Shown piece after piece: positions 14,964 through 37,228 of a stretch of 64,000 nucleotides of DNA. Position numbers and translations under genes: made by a program. The stretch lies in NCBI GenBank assembly GCA_051294375.1, contig CM119268.1, forward strand, positions 7,212,861-7,276,860, given 5' to 3'. The notes under the pieces were generated by a model that saw nothing but the letters and a program-made list of their open reading frames with translations, was not told where the DNA came from and did no database searches. The stretch is from Paraspadella gotoi (lineage: Eukaryota; Animalia; Chaetognatha). Position 1 is the first letter of the stretch, and each line of letters starts with the position of its first letter.

Positions 14964-15593
14964 AAGAGAAGAGACAGAGAGAGTCTCAGGTCTCCCTAGT
15001 CCTCATTTCCACCTTCAGCTTGGTCTCCTCAACCAACTTCCTCTGTCAGTCCAACTCTTCAAAAACTCTTTTCGTCTTCCCAACTTTTCTCACCCACCGC
15101 CAGTCATAACTTACCCTCTTTCATTCATCGTCCTCACCCATTTTTTTCTTCTCCGGTGAACTTTGCTCGCCGACTCATCCAACTTCGCCTTTCCTCGATT
15201 CGGACTCACCTTCTTGACCGAGTGATTTAGACCCCGGGATTTTCGTTTCTTCGGGAAGACGGTTTTTAACTCGCCCGCGATCCGAAGCGACCTCTCGGGA
15301 TAAAGATCAGCGCCGATCAGTGGCTCCATATTCACGGATGATTTATTGATACGAAGAAAACTGTTATAAAAGTATGAATGTATGAAAGAAAACGAAGGAA
15401 ATTAAAAGGAAACGGAAAAAAGGAGGAACAAAAGGAAAAGAAATCAAAATAAAAAAAAAGGAAAATAAAAAAAAAAAGACGAAAGGAGAGGAAAAGAAAT
15501 GAATGCTTTTGTTAGCAACTTTTGAACATCATCCAGCATAAGCCAGCTTTGAAAAGTGAGCGTTTGGAAACGTTTGCCTTGGCCCTTGGCTTG

Positions 15594-15650
15594 GGCAAAG
15601 GCAAAGGCAAAGGCAAAGGCAAAGGCAAAGGCAAAGGCAAAGGCAAAGGC
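15594..15650. repeat. (GGCAAA)n hexamer microsatellite
   Basis: About 9 perfect units. Confidence 0.9.
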
Positions 15651-16094
15651 TTGTGACGAAAAAACATGATGACTACAAAGTCAAGACTTATTATAACTAA
15701 TCTAGAATATAGCGACGATAGAAGTTCGGATTGGTTTCATGGCAAATACACAATTGCGGTTTGACAAATTTAGTCTAATGGAGGCAAAGTTTCCAGTCTC
15801 GCCGCCGTAACCATGATGCAAACAACCTCGGCAACCGCGTCGGCAAATGTCGACGACCTCAACGACGACAACGACGACGTCGATGACAACAACAACGACG
15901 AACGCGGCTTCACCGGTGGCCCGGAACGAGCATAAATTGTTAGCCCCGCCCCTAAAATCTCGAATCCGCTGACGGAGGCGAAACAAAAATCGATTCTTTT
16001 CTCTTTTTTTTGACTTTTTTGTTTTTTTTTGTCTTTTTTCTTTCTCAATTTTTTTTGGCTTTTTCAATATCGGTTCTCAAGCCACATTTTTTCG

Positions 16095-16355
16095 GCTCTT
16101 TTTTACAAAAGCGCCCCATTTCAGTCCTTTAATCCCTAGTTCAAATTTTAACCTTGATATTTAATCATTATTTGTTAACAAACATATGACTCTTAATCCT
16201 TAAATGTAATCTAACATTAAACCCCAAACTCTAACCCATAACCTACTCCCTAACCCTAATATTAATCCTGAACCTAATTCTTATTCTTTAACTTTATCTT
16301 TAAACTTAAAAATTAACTTAAGAGGAAACGGGGTGTTTTGGGAAAATAAGGCTGA
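16095..16355. mobile_element. MITE-like element: degenerate (TAACCC)n array between imperfect inverted repeats
   Basis: GGCTCTTTTTTACAAAAGCGCCCC ... GGGGTGTTTTGGGAAAATAAGGCT flank TAACC/TAATCC hexamer-like units. Confidence 0.4.
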
Positions 16356-17274
16356 TTTTTCTTTCCTTCTCGATTTTCGGCTCGACCGTCCTTCGGGTTT
16401 AACGGCTGCTGCCCCGATGGAGATGCACGCTTCTCGATTTAAGATTTTGTCTCGGTACATCGTAATCGTTTTTGGGTGTTACGTTTTACCTCTTTCTTCA
16501 TTTGCTTTTTCCATGATATCTGGACCTCATTCCAAATTCTCTCTTTCGCTTTAACTCGTAACAGAAAGGAAAAAAAAAAACTCGTAACCAAAAATTAAAT
16601 TATTTTCTTCCCCGTCCTTCAACTCACCCAACTCAATCATTTCCCAATTCTTTAAATCACTTACCTTCCAACCCACCGCTCCACCTCACCCACTTGCCTT
16701 TCCCCATCCCCCCCCCAAAAAAACGAAACCTCATTGTCCGGGCCATTGCCTCTCGTTCCCATTCGTCGACGGTACCAAACGGGACCGGGTAAGGGCGGAC
16801 CCAAACCCGAATGCCGCCCAGAAATTTCCCAGCCACCATAACCAATAAACTTTCCTTTTTATCGGTCAACATATTAGGCTCCTTCCTCGCGAGAGCGACC
16901 GGGCGAGGGAATATGGGGGAGGGAGGGAAAGTTGAAGGGGCGTTAGGGGGGTGGGGAGAGGGTAAGGGAAAGGAGGTTAGGTCGCGAGGTGAGAACGGAA
17001 GGTAAGGGCAACGGGGCATTAACTTTGGGTGGGAGAGAATTGGGTTGGGAGGGGGACTGCAGGCGGCTGAGGCGGTTATTGCGTGCGGTTCGAAGACGGA
17101 AGTGTGGCGCAGCGGGCGGCGGAAGCAGCGGCGGGAGCAGCGGCGGAACAGTTGGGGAGCGCGGCGGGGAGAGCGGCGAGGAAAGATAATGCGAATCTCT
17201 TGTTTTTCGTTTATTCCATCAAGTTTCAAAGCCTGAAGGCGCGTGGGCACAAACGCTATCTCTCTCTCTCTCTT

Positions 17275-17376
<102 letters not shown>

Positions 17377-18399
17377 TCGTCTCTCTCTCTCTCTCGTTTT
17401 TTATTTCTTCCAATTGCTGGGAAGTCACAATTATTTAGGCATTAACACTGAACCAAACTGACCAAACTGACCATTGATTATTTGTCAGCAAAAATTTCTG
17501 ACAACGAAAGCACCAATCGAAAATCTAGGATGTACAGCCTCTCCCTCATATTGTTCGCTATGCGATGTCTATCTCTCATTGTCCTCTTTACGATGACTCT
17601 CTCTCAGTCTCTCCGTCTCTCTTTCTCTCTCACTCGTTCATAGTAGTCGTACTCAATCTTTTATTGTGCTTCGGATTTTCTGCTCTCCCTTTGTCAGTTT
17701 CTCGATCGGATTGAAGTCAGAAGTTCGTTTCTAAGCCCACTGATCTAAGCTCAACATAACAAGAGCCAAGAGCAGCTGGAAGATTCTTCACCCAACGGAG
17801 AAATGGTAGGTTCTAGTTCAAAGTTTAAGGTTCACTGATAATTATATTACAATAACATTAAGCATTAATAGAACACACTGAAAGTTTTGATTGATATTAA
17901 AGTTATGTTATCCAAAACTTCTTTACACATTGTCATTGGGTTCTTGAGTAGTTACACAATGTACTTTAAGTATCTTTGCACTTTCACGCTTACATTGATT
18001 TCTGACTTTCAAATTGGCTTATAAATGTAATATTTCTTCGGCCAATTCTCCAGGTTGAAAAAACAATCTCAGTTTCTTTTGCTTTCTTTTCCAATTTATG
18101 TTTTTTTCCAGCGGCATTTCCTTCCAGTAAATCTTGTTATAGTGGCAAAAATTGTAGAAGCAATATATTAAAAAAAAAATAATCAAAAATATTTTTATTT
18201 TTCAAGAGGATACAAAAAAAATTTGCGGTTCATGACTCAGCGACAGAGCGACGATTATTCGTGAAAACCAGGGAGCGTTACGTGACAATGATCACTCGAT
18301 CAGTTAATCACAGATTGTGTTTCTTGTAGTTCTTCAAAGAAAAAAAATTTTCTCTTGTAACGGACCTCAAATTCATCGATCTTCATTCCATTCACTCTT

Positions 18400-20410
18400 C
18401 CCTTCACTCCATTCCTTCCCAATGTACCCTCTCCTTTCCTTCCTCCCCTCCCTTCTCTGCTTCCTTTTCTCTCCCCCTATGTCCTTATCCTTTCCCTTCT
18501 CCCTTCCTTCCTCCCCTCCCTTCTCTCTTCCTCTTTTTCTCCCCCCTATTGTCCCTTCCTCTTTTCCTTCATCCCTTCCCTTCCCTTCCTCCCTCCTTTC
18601 CTCCCCTCCCTCCTCTCCTCTTTCTCTCCCCCCTATGTCCCTTCTCCTTCCCTTCCTCCCTCCTTCCTCCCCTCCCCTCCCTTCTCTCTTCCTCTTTTTC
18701 TCCCCCCTATGTCCCTTCCTCTCTCCCTCCCTTCCTCCGCTCCTTTCCCCCTCCCTCCTCCCTTCCTCTTTCTCTCTCTCCTAATGTCCCTTCTCCTATC
18801 CCTTCCTCCTTCCTTACCTCCCCCTCCTCCCTTCCTCTTTTCTCTCCCCCTACTTGTCCTTCTCCTTCCCTTCCTTCCTCCTTTCCTCCACTCCTCCTCC
18901 CTTCCTCTTTCTCTCTCCCTATGTCCTTCCTCCTTCCTTCCTCCCTTCCCTTCTCCCTCCCTCCTCCCTTCCTCTTTCTCTCCCCTATGTCCCTTCTCCT
19001 ATCCCTTCTTCTTCCTTCCTCCACTCCCTCCTCCCTTCCTCTTTCTCTCTCCCCTATGTCCCTTCCTCCCTTCCGCTTCCTCCTTCCCTTCCTCCCCTCT
19101 CTCCCGGCTTCTCCTTTTTCATCGGTGTCGACGCCAAGAAGAGAAGAAACAAATCAGAATCCATTTCTTCCTCCGAGAATTTCTTTCTTTTTTATTTATT
19201 TATTTTTTTTTCAAATTTTTTTTCTTTTTTTCTTCTTTTCTTTCAAGAACCAGGGGGATTTTTGCCAGGAAGATATTTTTCAGGACAGGGGAGACGAAGA
19301 CTCATAATCTTTTCTTTTTGTTTGCTTGTATATAATATGTTTGTATATAAAAGGAATTATTTTGTTTAAAACCTATTTTAATTAAACTGCTCCACTCAAG
19401 AAGTTCATTTTGCATATTTAATTTTTATTAGTACTTTTTCGGTGTTTTGTCTTTCTTTCGTTTCTTTCCTTTCTTTCTTTCTTCTTTCTTTTTTCTTTCT
19501 TTCTTTCTTTCTTTCTTTTCTTTCTTTTCTTTCTTTTTCCGAACTGTTCTTTTTCCAACCCTCATCCCCCGTATCTTTCCCCCCATTCCTCCCCCCCCTC
19601 CATTACTGTCTCGTTCCCTGTCCCTTTCCTCCCTTTTTCCCTTTTCTCCCTTTCCTCCCCTTTTCTCCATTTCCTCCATTTTCTCTTCTTTTTCTTCCTC
19701 TCCTCCCTTTTTCCCCATTTCCTCCCTTTTCTCCCTTTCTTCCTTTCCTCCCTCTCTCTCTATTCTCTCTTTTCTTCCTTCTCCCTTTTTCTCATTTCCT
19801 CCATTCCTCCCTTTCCTCCCTTTTCTCCCTTTTTTCCCTTTCTCTCTTATTCTCTCTTTTCTTCCTCTCCTCCCTTTCTCCATTTCCTCCTTTTCTTCCT
19901 TTTCTTCCTTTTTCCTCCCTTTCCTCTCTCATTCTCTCTTTTCTTCCTTTCCTCCTTTTTCTCCATTTCCTCCTTCCTCCCTTCATTCCCTTTCTTCTCT
20001 TTCCTCCCTTTCCTCCATTTCCTCCCTTTCCTCCCTTTCCTTCTTTCTCCCTTTCCTTCCTTTCCTCTTCTTTCCCCCTTTTCCTCCCTTTCTTCCTTTT
20101 CCTCCATTTCCTCTCTTTCCTCCCTTCCTCTTTTCCTCCTTTTCTCCTTTCCTCTCTTTTCTCTCCCTTTCTTCCTTTCACCCTTTTTCTCTCCATTTCC
20201 TCTCTTTTCTTCCTCTCCCTCCCTTTTCTCTCATATCTCCCTTTCTCCAATTCTCCCTTTCTCTTTTCCTCCCTTTTCTTCCCTTTTCTCCCTTTTTCTT
20301 CCTTTCATCCCTTTCCTCCCTTTCCTCTCTTTCCTCCTTTTCTCTCTTCTCTCTTCCTCCCTTCCTCCCTTTTCCTCCCTTTCCTCCCTTTCCTCCCTTT
20401 CCTCCCTCTC
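18400..20410. repeat. Two long polypyrimidine low-complexity tracts (~40-bp CCCCTATGTCCC-containing units, then TTTCCTCCC units)
   Basis: Almost purely C/T on the + strand at 18400-19110 and 19450-20410; source of the spurious F/L/P/S ORFs. Confidence 0.9.
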
Positions 20411-21223
20411 ACGGTTCACTGGTTCGCAGATTTACGACCATAATTACGAACGGTTTTATGTCCGCCTCTTCATTCGTCGCCAACGTTCATATCTTCTTTC
20501 TTTTATGCTGATCACTCGCCGCCCGATTATTTATTTTCTTTTTAGTCCGACTCTATCTGTCTCTATGTGTCGGTCCGTCTCTCTTTCTGTCTGCCTGTCT
20601 GCGTATATATGCGTCTGTTTGGGTTACAGATTGTCGGTCCGTCTGTTTCTTTTTTCTCACTATTTTCTCACGTATATAATTAAAACCGTCTATATATACA
20701 CGCAAACACAAACACGCGCAGAGATGATTAAATCGAAATGGAAATTCAATTCGCTTGTCTCGCTCGTTAGCAATTAAAAGCGAGAGAATTAGCGACAAAA
20801 TCATTTTCCCGCTCAGCTTAGTATATATTAGAGCTTAAGTTACGTACTAATATTAAAAAGTCAATTATGAACAACATACCATCAGTGAACATTAATTTTT
20901 AAAAAAATTAATTTTATCTTTTTTTGATTTTCGCATTCGTTCCTCACTCATCGTTCCTCACTTAAAGTTAAATTTAGAAATTTTACTACGCCTTAGTATA
21001 AATGTAAAGAGTTAAACATCATTAATAAAAAGGGAATTCCTTCGCTCAGTGACTTTTTATATTTACATACGGGGCTTTACAACGTAATACTCATTATTTA
21101 TGATTAATAACCTCGTTAGAATCATTAGTAAGATGACAAAAAAAAATTATGTAATAAATAGACAATTTAGACATAGTGCTCCATCAATCTATCTTTTTTC
21201 TTTCTTTCTTTCTTTCTTTCTTG

Positions 21224-21281
<58 letters not shown>

Positions 21282-21869
21282 CGCACGCTCCGATGTGACT
21301 TTTGTTCTTCTCCCCATAAATCGAGGCGGAGATTCTGCGTTGCGGTCGAACCCGATAGAGTATCTGAGTCGCGAGCGCCATTGAAAATCGAGTCGGACCC
21401 AATATTGGCTTCTTTGGTCGTGGTGAGAACTTGTCCCTCACCACCACTCAACTTCTGCGCGGGTCTTTAGTTTAAATCGTTCAATCAAGTGCCAGGCGTC
21501 CTCGTCTGGTTCAAACTAGTTGAAATTAAAATAGATAAACAATTATTTAAGTATGTGAAAAAATGTAATCAGTGTATTTTAAATCGACTTTCATTTTTCC
21601 GATCTTTAATAATTTTTTCTATTCGTCCACTCATAAAGTCGGCTCTCCTTTCCTTATAATATATACCTCTTCTCGAGGTCACTTTAGCCTCTTTTTTATT
21701 TTCTTTCCTCTATTCACCTTATTTCAATTCCTCCTTCTTACTCCTCTTTCCTTTTATCCCACATCCTTTCCTCTCCTTTCCTTCTTCCTCTACCATGTCT
21801 CTTCATACTTCTTTTTCTTTCTTTCCTCCACCTAGTTCTACCTTTTTTCCTCCCATGTCTCTTTCTTCG

Positions 21870-22205
21870 TCCTTCATTTCATTCCTTCATTTCATTCCCT
21901 CAATTCATTCCTTCATTTAAGTCCCTAAATTCATTCCTTCATTTCATTTCTTCATTTCATTCCTTCATTTCATTTCTTCATTTCATTTCTTCATTTCATT
22001 TCTTCATTTCATTTCTTCATTTCATTTCTTAATTTCATTCCTTCATTTCATTTCTTCATTTCATTCCTTCATTTCATTTTTTCATTTCATTCCTTCATTT
22101 CATTCCTTCATTTCATTTCTTCATTTCATTTCTTCATTTCATTCCTTCATTTCATTTTTTCATTTCATTCCTTCATTTCATTCCTTCATTTCATTCCTTC
22201 ATTTC
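21870..22205. repeat. 13-bp minisatellite (CATTTCATT(C/T)CTT)n
   Basis: About 25 near-perfect units. Confidence 0.9.
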
Positions 22206-22763
22206 CTCCCTATACTATTTTTCCTTCCTTGTCCCTCGTCTTTCTTCATCTCTCTTCTTTCCTCCTTCGATTTCATTTCCTCCATTTTTTTCCTCCGCCG
22301 AAATTTATTTTTCTTTTCTCTCTCTCAAACTCCCTTTCCTCCCTCCCTCTTCATTTCCTTCCTTGTCCCTTATCTTTCTTCATCTCTTTTCTTTCCTCCT
22401 TGTCCCTTCTCTTCTTCTTTTCCTTTTCCACCTCCACCTCCCTTTCCTCTCAACCTCTTCTTTTCCTTCCTTTTCCCTTATCTTTATCCCTTCCCTTTGC
22501 TCCCTTGTCCCTTATCTTTATCCCTTTCCTTTCCTCCCTTGTCTCTTATCTTTATCCCTTTCCTTTTCTCCCTTGTCTTTTCTCTTCCTCCGACTTCGAT
22601 AACGAGGACGGTCCGTTTGCTAATTTTCTCCAATTGTTTTTTCCCCTGACTACAAAAAAATAAAAAAAGAAGGATGGGAGAAAAGTCGATTTGAAAAAAA
22701 GAGAAAGAGAGAGAGGGAAAACGAATGAAAAAGCAAATTCGAAAGGAAAGCGAGAGAGAGAAG

Positions 22764-22807
<44 letters not shown>

Positions 22808-22821
22808 AGAGAGATGAAGAG

Positions 22822-22877
<56 letters not shown>

Positions 22878-23673
22878 AGAAGATGAGAGAGAGAGGGAAA
22901 AAGGGAGAAAGGGAGAGAGAGAAAGAGAGAAATAGGCGTCAGCACGTTAGTTCCCGCGAAATTTTTTTTTTATCCATTTTGAGAACATTACTTTCACGTG
23001 GGTAAAAAAGTCCTCTCGTTCGCCTCGCATCGACGCTGCAGGACGTCGCTCAATCGCCGCTGCAGGATTCCGCTCGGCCGCCGGCGCAGCGCCGCGAACG
23101 GGCACAAGATTCAAAATACTACGTGTATTCATTTCAGTTTTCCCCGAGTGAGGACATGGAACCCTCGACGTGACAGAAGTCCAGGCTGCCGTCGCCGCTG
23201 CCGCAGCCGCAGCCGCCGCCGCAGCTACCGCATCCGCCGCCGCAGGCGCAGTCATCGTCGGTTTTCCCGATTTTTTTAATTAATCACTTTTATCCTTCTT
23301 TAAATCTCGACAGAGAAAAAAAAACAAACCTCCGATAACACATGTAGGACTCAGCAGGAGAATCGCGTCAACGAAGGACAATAAAATAAAAAGCGGAAGC
23401 CCCAACTCGGACTCGATCAAGATAATTTGATTGCGTCATAAAATTCGTTTTTCTCTTTATCATGTTAATAAAATTGTTAATATATACATCAGTTGAATGT
23501 TCATTATATTTTATTTAATTGACTTCATTACTAAATATCTTACTGCTTGTTCCCGTTGAAAAGTTTCCATGGATCAGAAAAAAATCATGAATAAAACTAT
23601 CTGCTTTTTTCCAGTGATCGTACTGAAAAAAACAAAAATCTAAAAGGAGAATGATTAAAGAAAAAAAAAAGAG

Positions 23674-23749
<76 letters not shown>

Positions 23750-24124
23750 AGAGGAGAGAGAGAGAGATAATTAAAGGAGAAAAAAGGAATTATGATTTGT
23801 TTAAAAGCTACGGAATCTCATTGAGAGAGATAAAGAAAATGACGTAGGGAGACGGTGACGGCGTGAGGTAAGGAAAGATAGAGACAGATCGAAAGACTGA
23901 ATTCTGTTGAAATGATGAAACCGAGAGAAAGAACTCAGTTCACTCCACTCTTTTTTTCCGCTTCTTATTCCAATCCGATCGGCTTAATGACATTGTTTCT
24001 AAACGCACCAATCGACTGAAGAAAATATTCAGTCTCAACATTAAAAATAAAGTAATGAGCCGAATTTAATATTTACCGAATTCATTAACATCTTCGGTGT
24101 ATTAGATTGACTTTGGGGTCGGGC

Positions 24125-24320
24125 ATTGGGTTCAGGTTCATACAGTACCAGGGTCGATCCCCGAAAGTATCTCCCCTACGAAAAGAGTGAGGACGGCCGT
24201 AAACTACTTTCGTGTCCTGGAAAACCCTCAATGACTGGTTTCAAGACTAGGACCTGTTTCATCGCTGGCGAAGGGGCAAAAGAAGTTAGGGATGACAGTC
24301 TTGAGCCCACTCAAAATTGT
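24125..24320 (+). mobile_element. Possible SINE remnant
   Basis: B-box-like GGGTCGATCCCC is followed by TAAACTACTTTCGTGTCCTGGAAAACCC, reminiscent of RTE-type SINE tails; single copy in the window. Confidence 0.25.
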
Positions 24321-24529
24321 CATTTAAAAATACTTACTAAAAATCTTTGAAGTTAAAAGGGTTTAGGGTTAAGGTAATTAGGTAATATTTATTTTAAATT
24401 TTTTTTTAAAAAGGAAGTATTTTTAAGTGGTTTTTCAAAAGCCGCCAAAACTGCGGTCGGCGAAAGTAACATTGAGCCCAACTCTTCTGTATAAAGATAA
24501 ACGACACTGTTAATTCCCCCCCCGTAAGA

Positions 24530-24564
24530 GGGAAGGGAGAAGAGAAGAGAGAGAGACAGAGAGA

Positions 24565-24630
<66 letters not shown>

Positions 24631-24681
24631 ATAAAAGAGAGAGAGGAGATCTGAAACGAATTGCGGAGATGTACGTAATTT

Positions 24682-24730
<49 letters not shown>

Positions 24731-25607
24731 ATATTATATAGAAAGATAAAAACGTCCATATATTAATATATTATACATATAAATACATATAATTCATAAA
24801 AGCCGCGCGCCGAAGGGAAGGTTTTTCTCTAAAAGCTTTTTTTCCTCTTCGCTTTTCCTTCCTTTTTTGACGCATGAAGCTAAAAAGTGTTGACAAATAA
24901 TAACACGAAGCCTCCGCCTCGGTGAAGATATCAACACCTCTTCACACTCGCGCAGCTTTTAACTTCCGCCCTCTCACTTTCACTCCAAACAAATACTCTT
25001 TTAACATTCCTAAACTATTCACTTATCTATTAGTATAGATTCTTGCTTTCATTCACTCTTTCATTGTACCCTCTTTCGTTTATTCTATCATTCCAATCAT
25101 TCCATTCATTCATTTATTATTTTTTTTATTCATGCGTTCATTATTTTTTCATTCATTCATTCATTCATTCATTCATTCATTCATTCATTCATCACATTCA
25201 TTTCCATCCATCCATCCATCCATCCATCCATCCATCCATCCATCCATCAATCCATCACTCCATCCATCCATCATCCATCCATCCATCCATCACTCCATCA
25301 ATCCAATCCATCCATCCTATTCTTCCAACCAAATTTTTTTTCCTTTTTTTTCCTTCTTGATATATTTTTTTTTTTTGTATTCTAATATCGCGAGGCTCCG
25401 CAGTCCGCACTCAATAATTCAACTGGCGATAGCCTCTCGCACCGCCCAACTTCCTCGGTCCTTCCACTCCCTCGACTTCTTATCCTTCCACATCCCCTTC
25501 GCCGTCTTCACTTCTGAGATTCAGGTGCGAAACGAATTCGACGGGTTATTGCGTCTTCGCACCAGTTTTGTTGGGGGAGGGTGGGGGGAAAGCGGTTGCC
25601 GGGAGAG

Positions 25608-25688
<81 letters not shown>

Positions 25689-25990
25689 AGAGAACATTGA
25701 GAGTATGGNNNNNNNNNNNNNNNNNNNNNNNNNCTTAATGTCCCCCCCCCACCTTTTCTCAGCGCAACCTTACTTACGCTTTACTTCTTTTACTTTCTTT
25801 TTTTTTTTCATATCAGTTTAATTTCGCATCGTCGTCGGTTCTTGAGCGTAACGAGTTAAATTAACTTCGCCTGATCCCGAGTGTTGAGGTTTTTTTTTAT
25901 TAAACCTCTTTATCAGGCGAGGAATGAAATGGAGGAAACGGCGCACCTTTAGTGGAGTAGAAGGAAAGAGTGAGGGGAGAGAGGGAGAGG

Positions 25991-26027
<37 letters not shown>

Positions 26028-26111
26028 GAGGAGAGAGAGAGAGAGAGAGAGAGAGAGTAAAGAGAAGAGAGGGAGATCTGAAACGAATTGCGGAGATGTA
26101 CGGAATTTGAT

Positions 26112-26154
<43 letters not shown>

Positions 26155-27086
26155 ATATTATATAGAAAGATAAAAACGTCCATATAATATATATATTATA
26201 CATATAAATACATATAATTCATAAAAGCCGCCGCGCCGAAGGGAAGGTTTTTCTCAAAAGCTTTTTTTCCTCTTCGCTTTTCCTTCCTTTTTTGACGCAT
26301 GAAGCTAAAAAGTGTTGACAAATAATAACACGAAGCCTCCGCCTCGGTGAAAATATCAACACCTCTTCACACTCGCGCAGCTTTTAACTTCCGCTCTCAC
26401 TTTCACTCCAACAAAATACTCTTTTAACATTCCTAAACTATTCACTTATCATATTAGTATAGATTCTTGCTTTCATTCACTCTTTCATTTGTACCCTCTT
26501 TCGTTTATTCTATCATTCCAATCATTCCATTCATTCATTTATTATTTTTTTTTTATTCATGCGTTCATTATTTTTTCATTCATTCATTCATTCATTCAAT
26601 TCATTCATTCATTCATTCATTCATTTCATATCATTCATCATCCATCCATCCATCCATCCATCCATCCATACCTCCATCATCCATCACTCCATCTCCATCC
26701 ATCCATCCATCCATCCATCCATCCATCACTCCATCAATCAATCATCCATCCATATTCTTCCAACCAAATTTTTTTCCCTTTTTTTTTTCCTTCTTGATAT
26801 ATATTTTTTTTTGTATTCTAATATCGCGAGGCTCCGCAGTCCGCACTCAATAATTCAACTGGCGATAGCCTCTCGCACCGCCCAACTTCCTCGGTCCTTC
26901 CACTCCCTCGACTTCTTATCCTTCCACATCCCCTTCGCCGTCTTCACTTCTGAGATTCAGGTGCGAAACGAATTCGACGGGTTATTGCGTCTTCGCACCA
27001 GTTTTGTTGGGGGGAGGTGGGGGGAAAGCGGGTTGCCGGGGAGGAGAGAGAGAGAGAGAGGAGAGAGAGAGAAGAAAGAGAGAGAG

Positions 27087-27123
<37 letters not shown>

Positions 27124-27130
27124 ATTGAGT
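24530..27130. repeat. Tandem duplication of ~1.2 kb (24530-25708 and ~25970-27130) across a 25-N gap
   Basis: Near-identical unique segments and the same order of microsatellites; differences are mainly homopolymer/SSR indels. Confidence 0.88.
25709..25733. other. Assembly gap (25 N)
   Basis: Run of N. Confidence 0.99.
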
Positions 27131-27132
27131 AG

Positions 27133-36480
<9,348 letters not shown>

Positions 36481-36914
36481 TTCTCTTCGTTCTCTATTTC
36501 TTCCTTAATTTTTTGTTTCCTCTTTTCTCTCTTTTTCTTCCTTAATTTTTGTTTCTTCCCTTTCACAAAAACTTGTTTTCTTTTATCTCGCTTAAATTGT
36601 TTCTTTTTTCTCTCTTTCTCTCCTTTTTTTAATTTTTTTTTTATTGACAAAATTCTAATTAATTGTACGGCGAAATTCGTTTGTAAAACGGAATGAGTAA
36701 ATGTTGCGGAAATTTTTTTTCTTCTGGATTTAAAATTAAAGTTGCGTCTAATAAACGAAATGATTAAAATAGTTCGTTTACTTCATTTCATTTTTTATTT
36801 TAAAATATTTATATGATTTTATGACTGACGCATCGTGTTCCATAATAAATATTTATATCTCGTTACAACCGAACTTCGCCGTACAAAACGATTCCCCCCC
36901 CCCGACCGCCTTAC

Positions 36915-37139
36915 TTCTCCTTCCTCTTCTTCTCGTATTCAACGTGGACCAAAACGCGACGCGCCTGACACTGCATCTTGTTGAAGATCTTGGAGAGAGC
37001 ACCCTCGCGGATCTCCTCCAGTTGGGACAGCTGACCCGCGCGGAACATGATCTGGAGCGAGAGGATTGGATAGAATTGGATGGATTGGATGGATTAGATG
37101 GATAGAAAGATAGATGGATAGAAAGATAGATAGATAACT

Positions 37140-37228
<89 letters not shown>

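Noticed and set aside
14985-15340. Charged, coiled-coil-like translation on the minus strand as a possible myosin rod exon
   Set aside because: It is interrupted by stops and has no myosin tail motifs.
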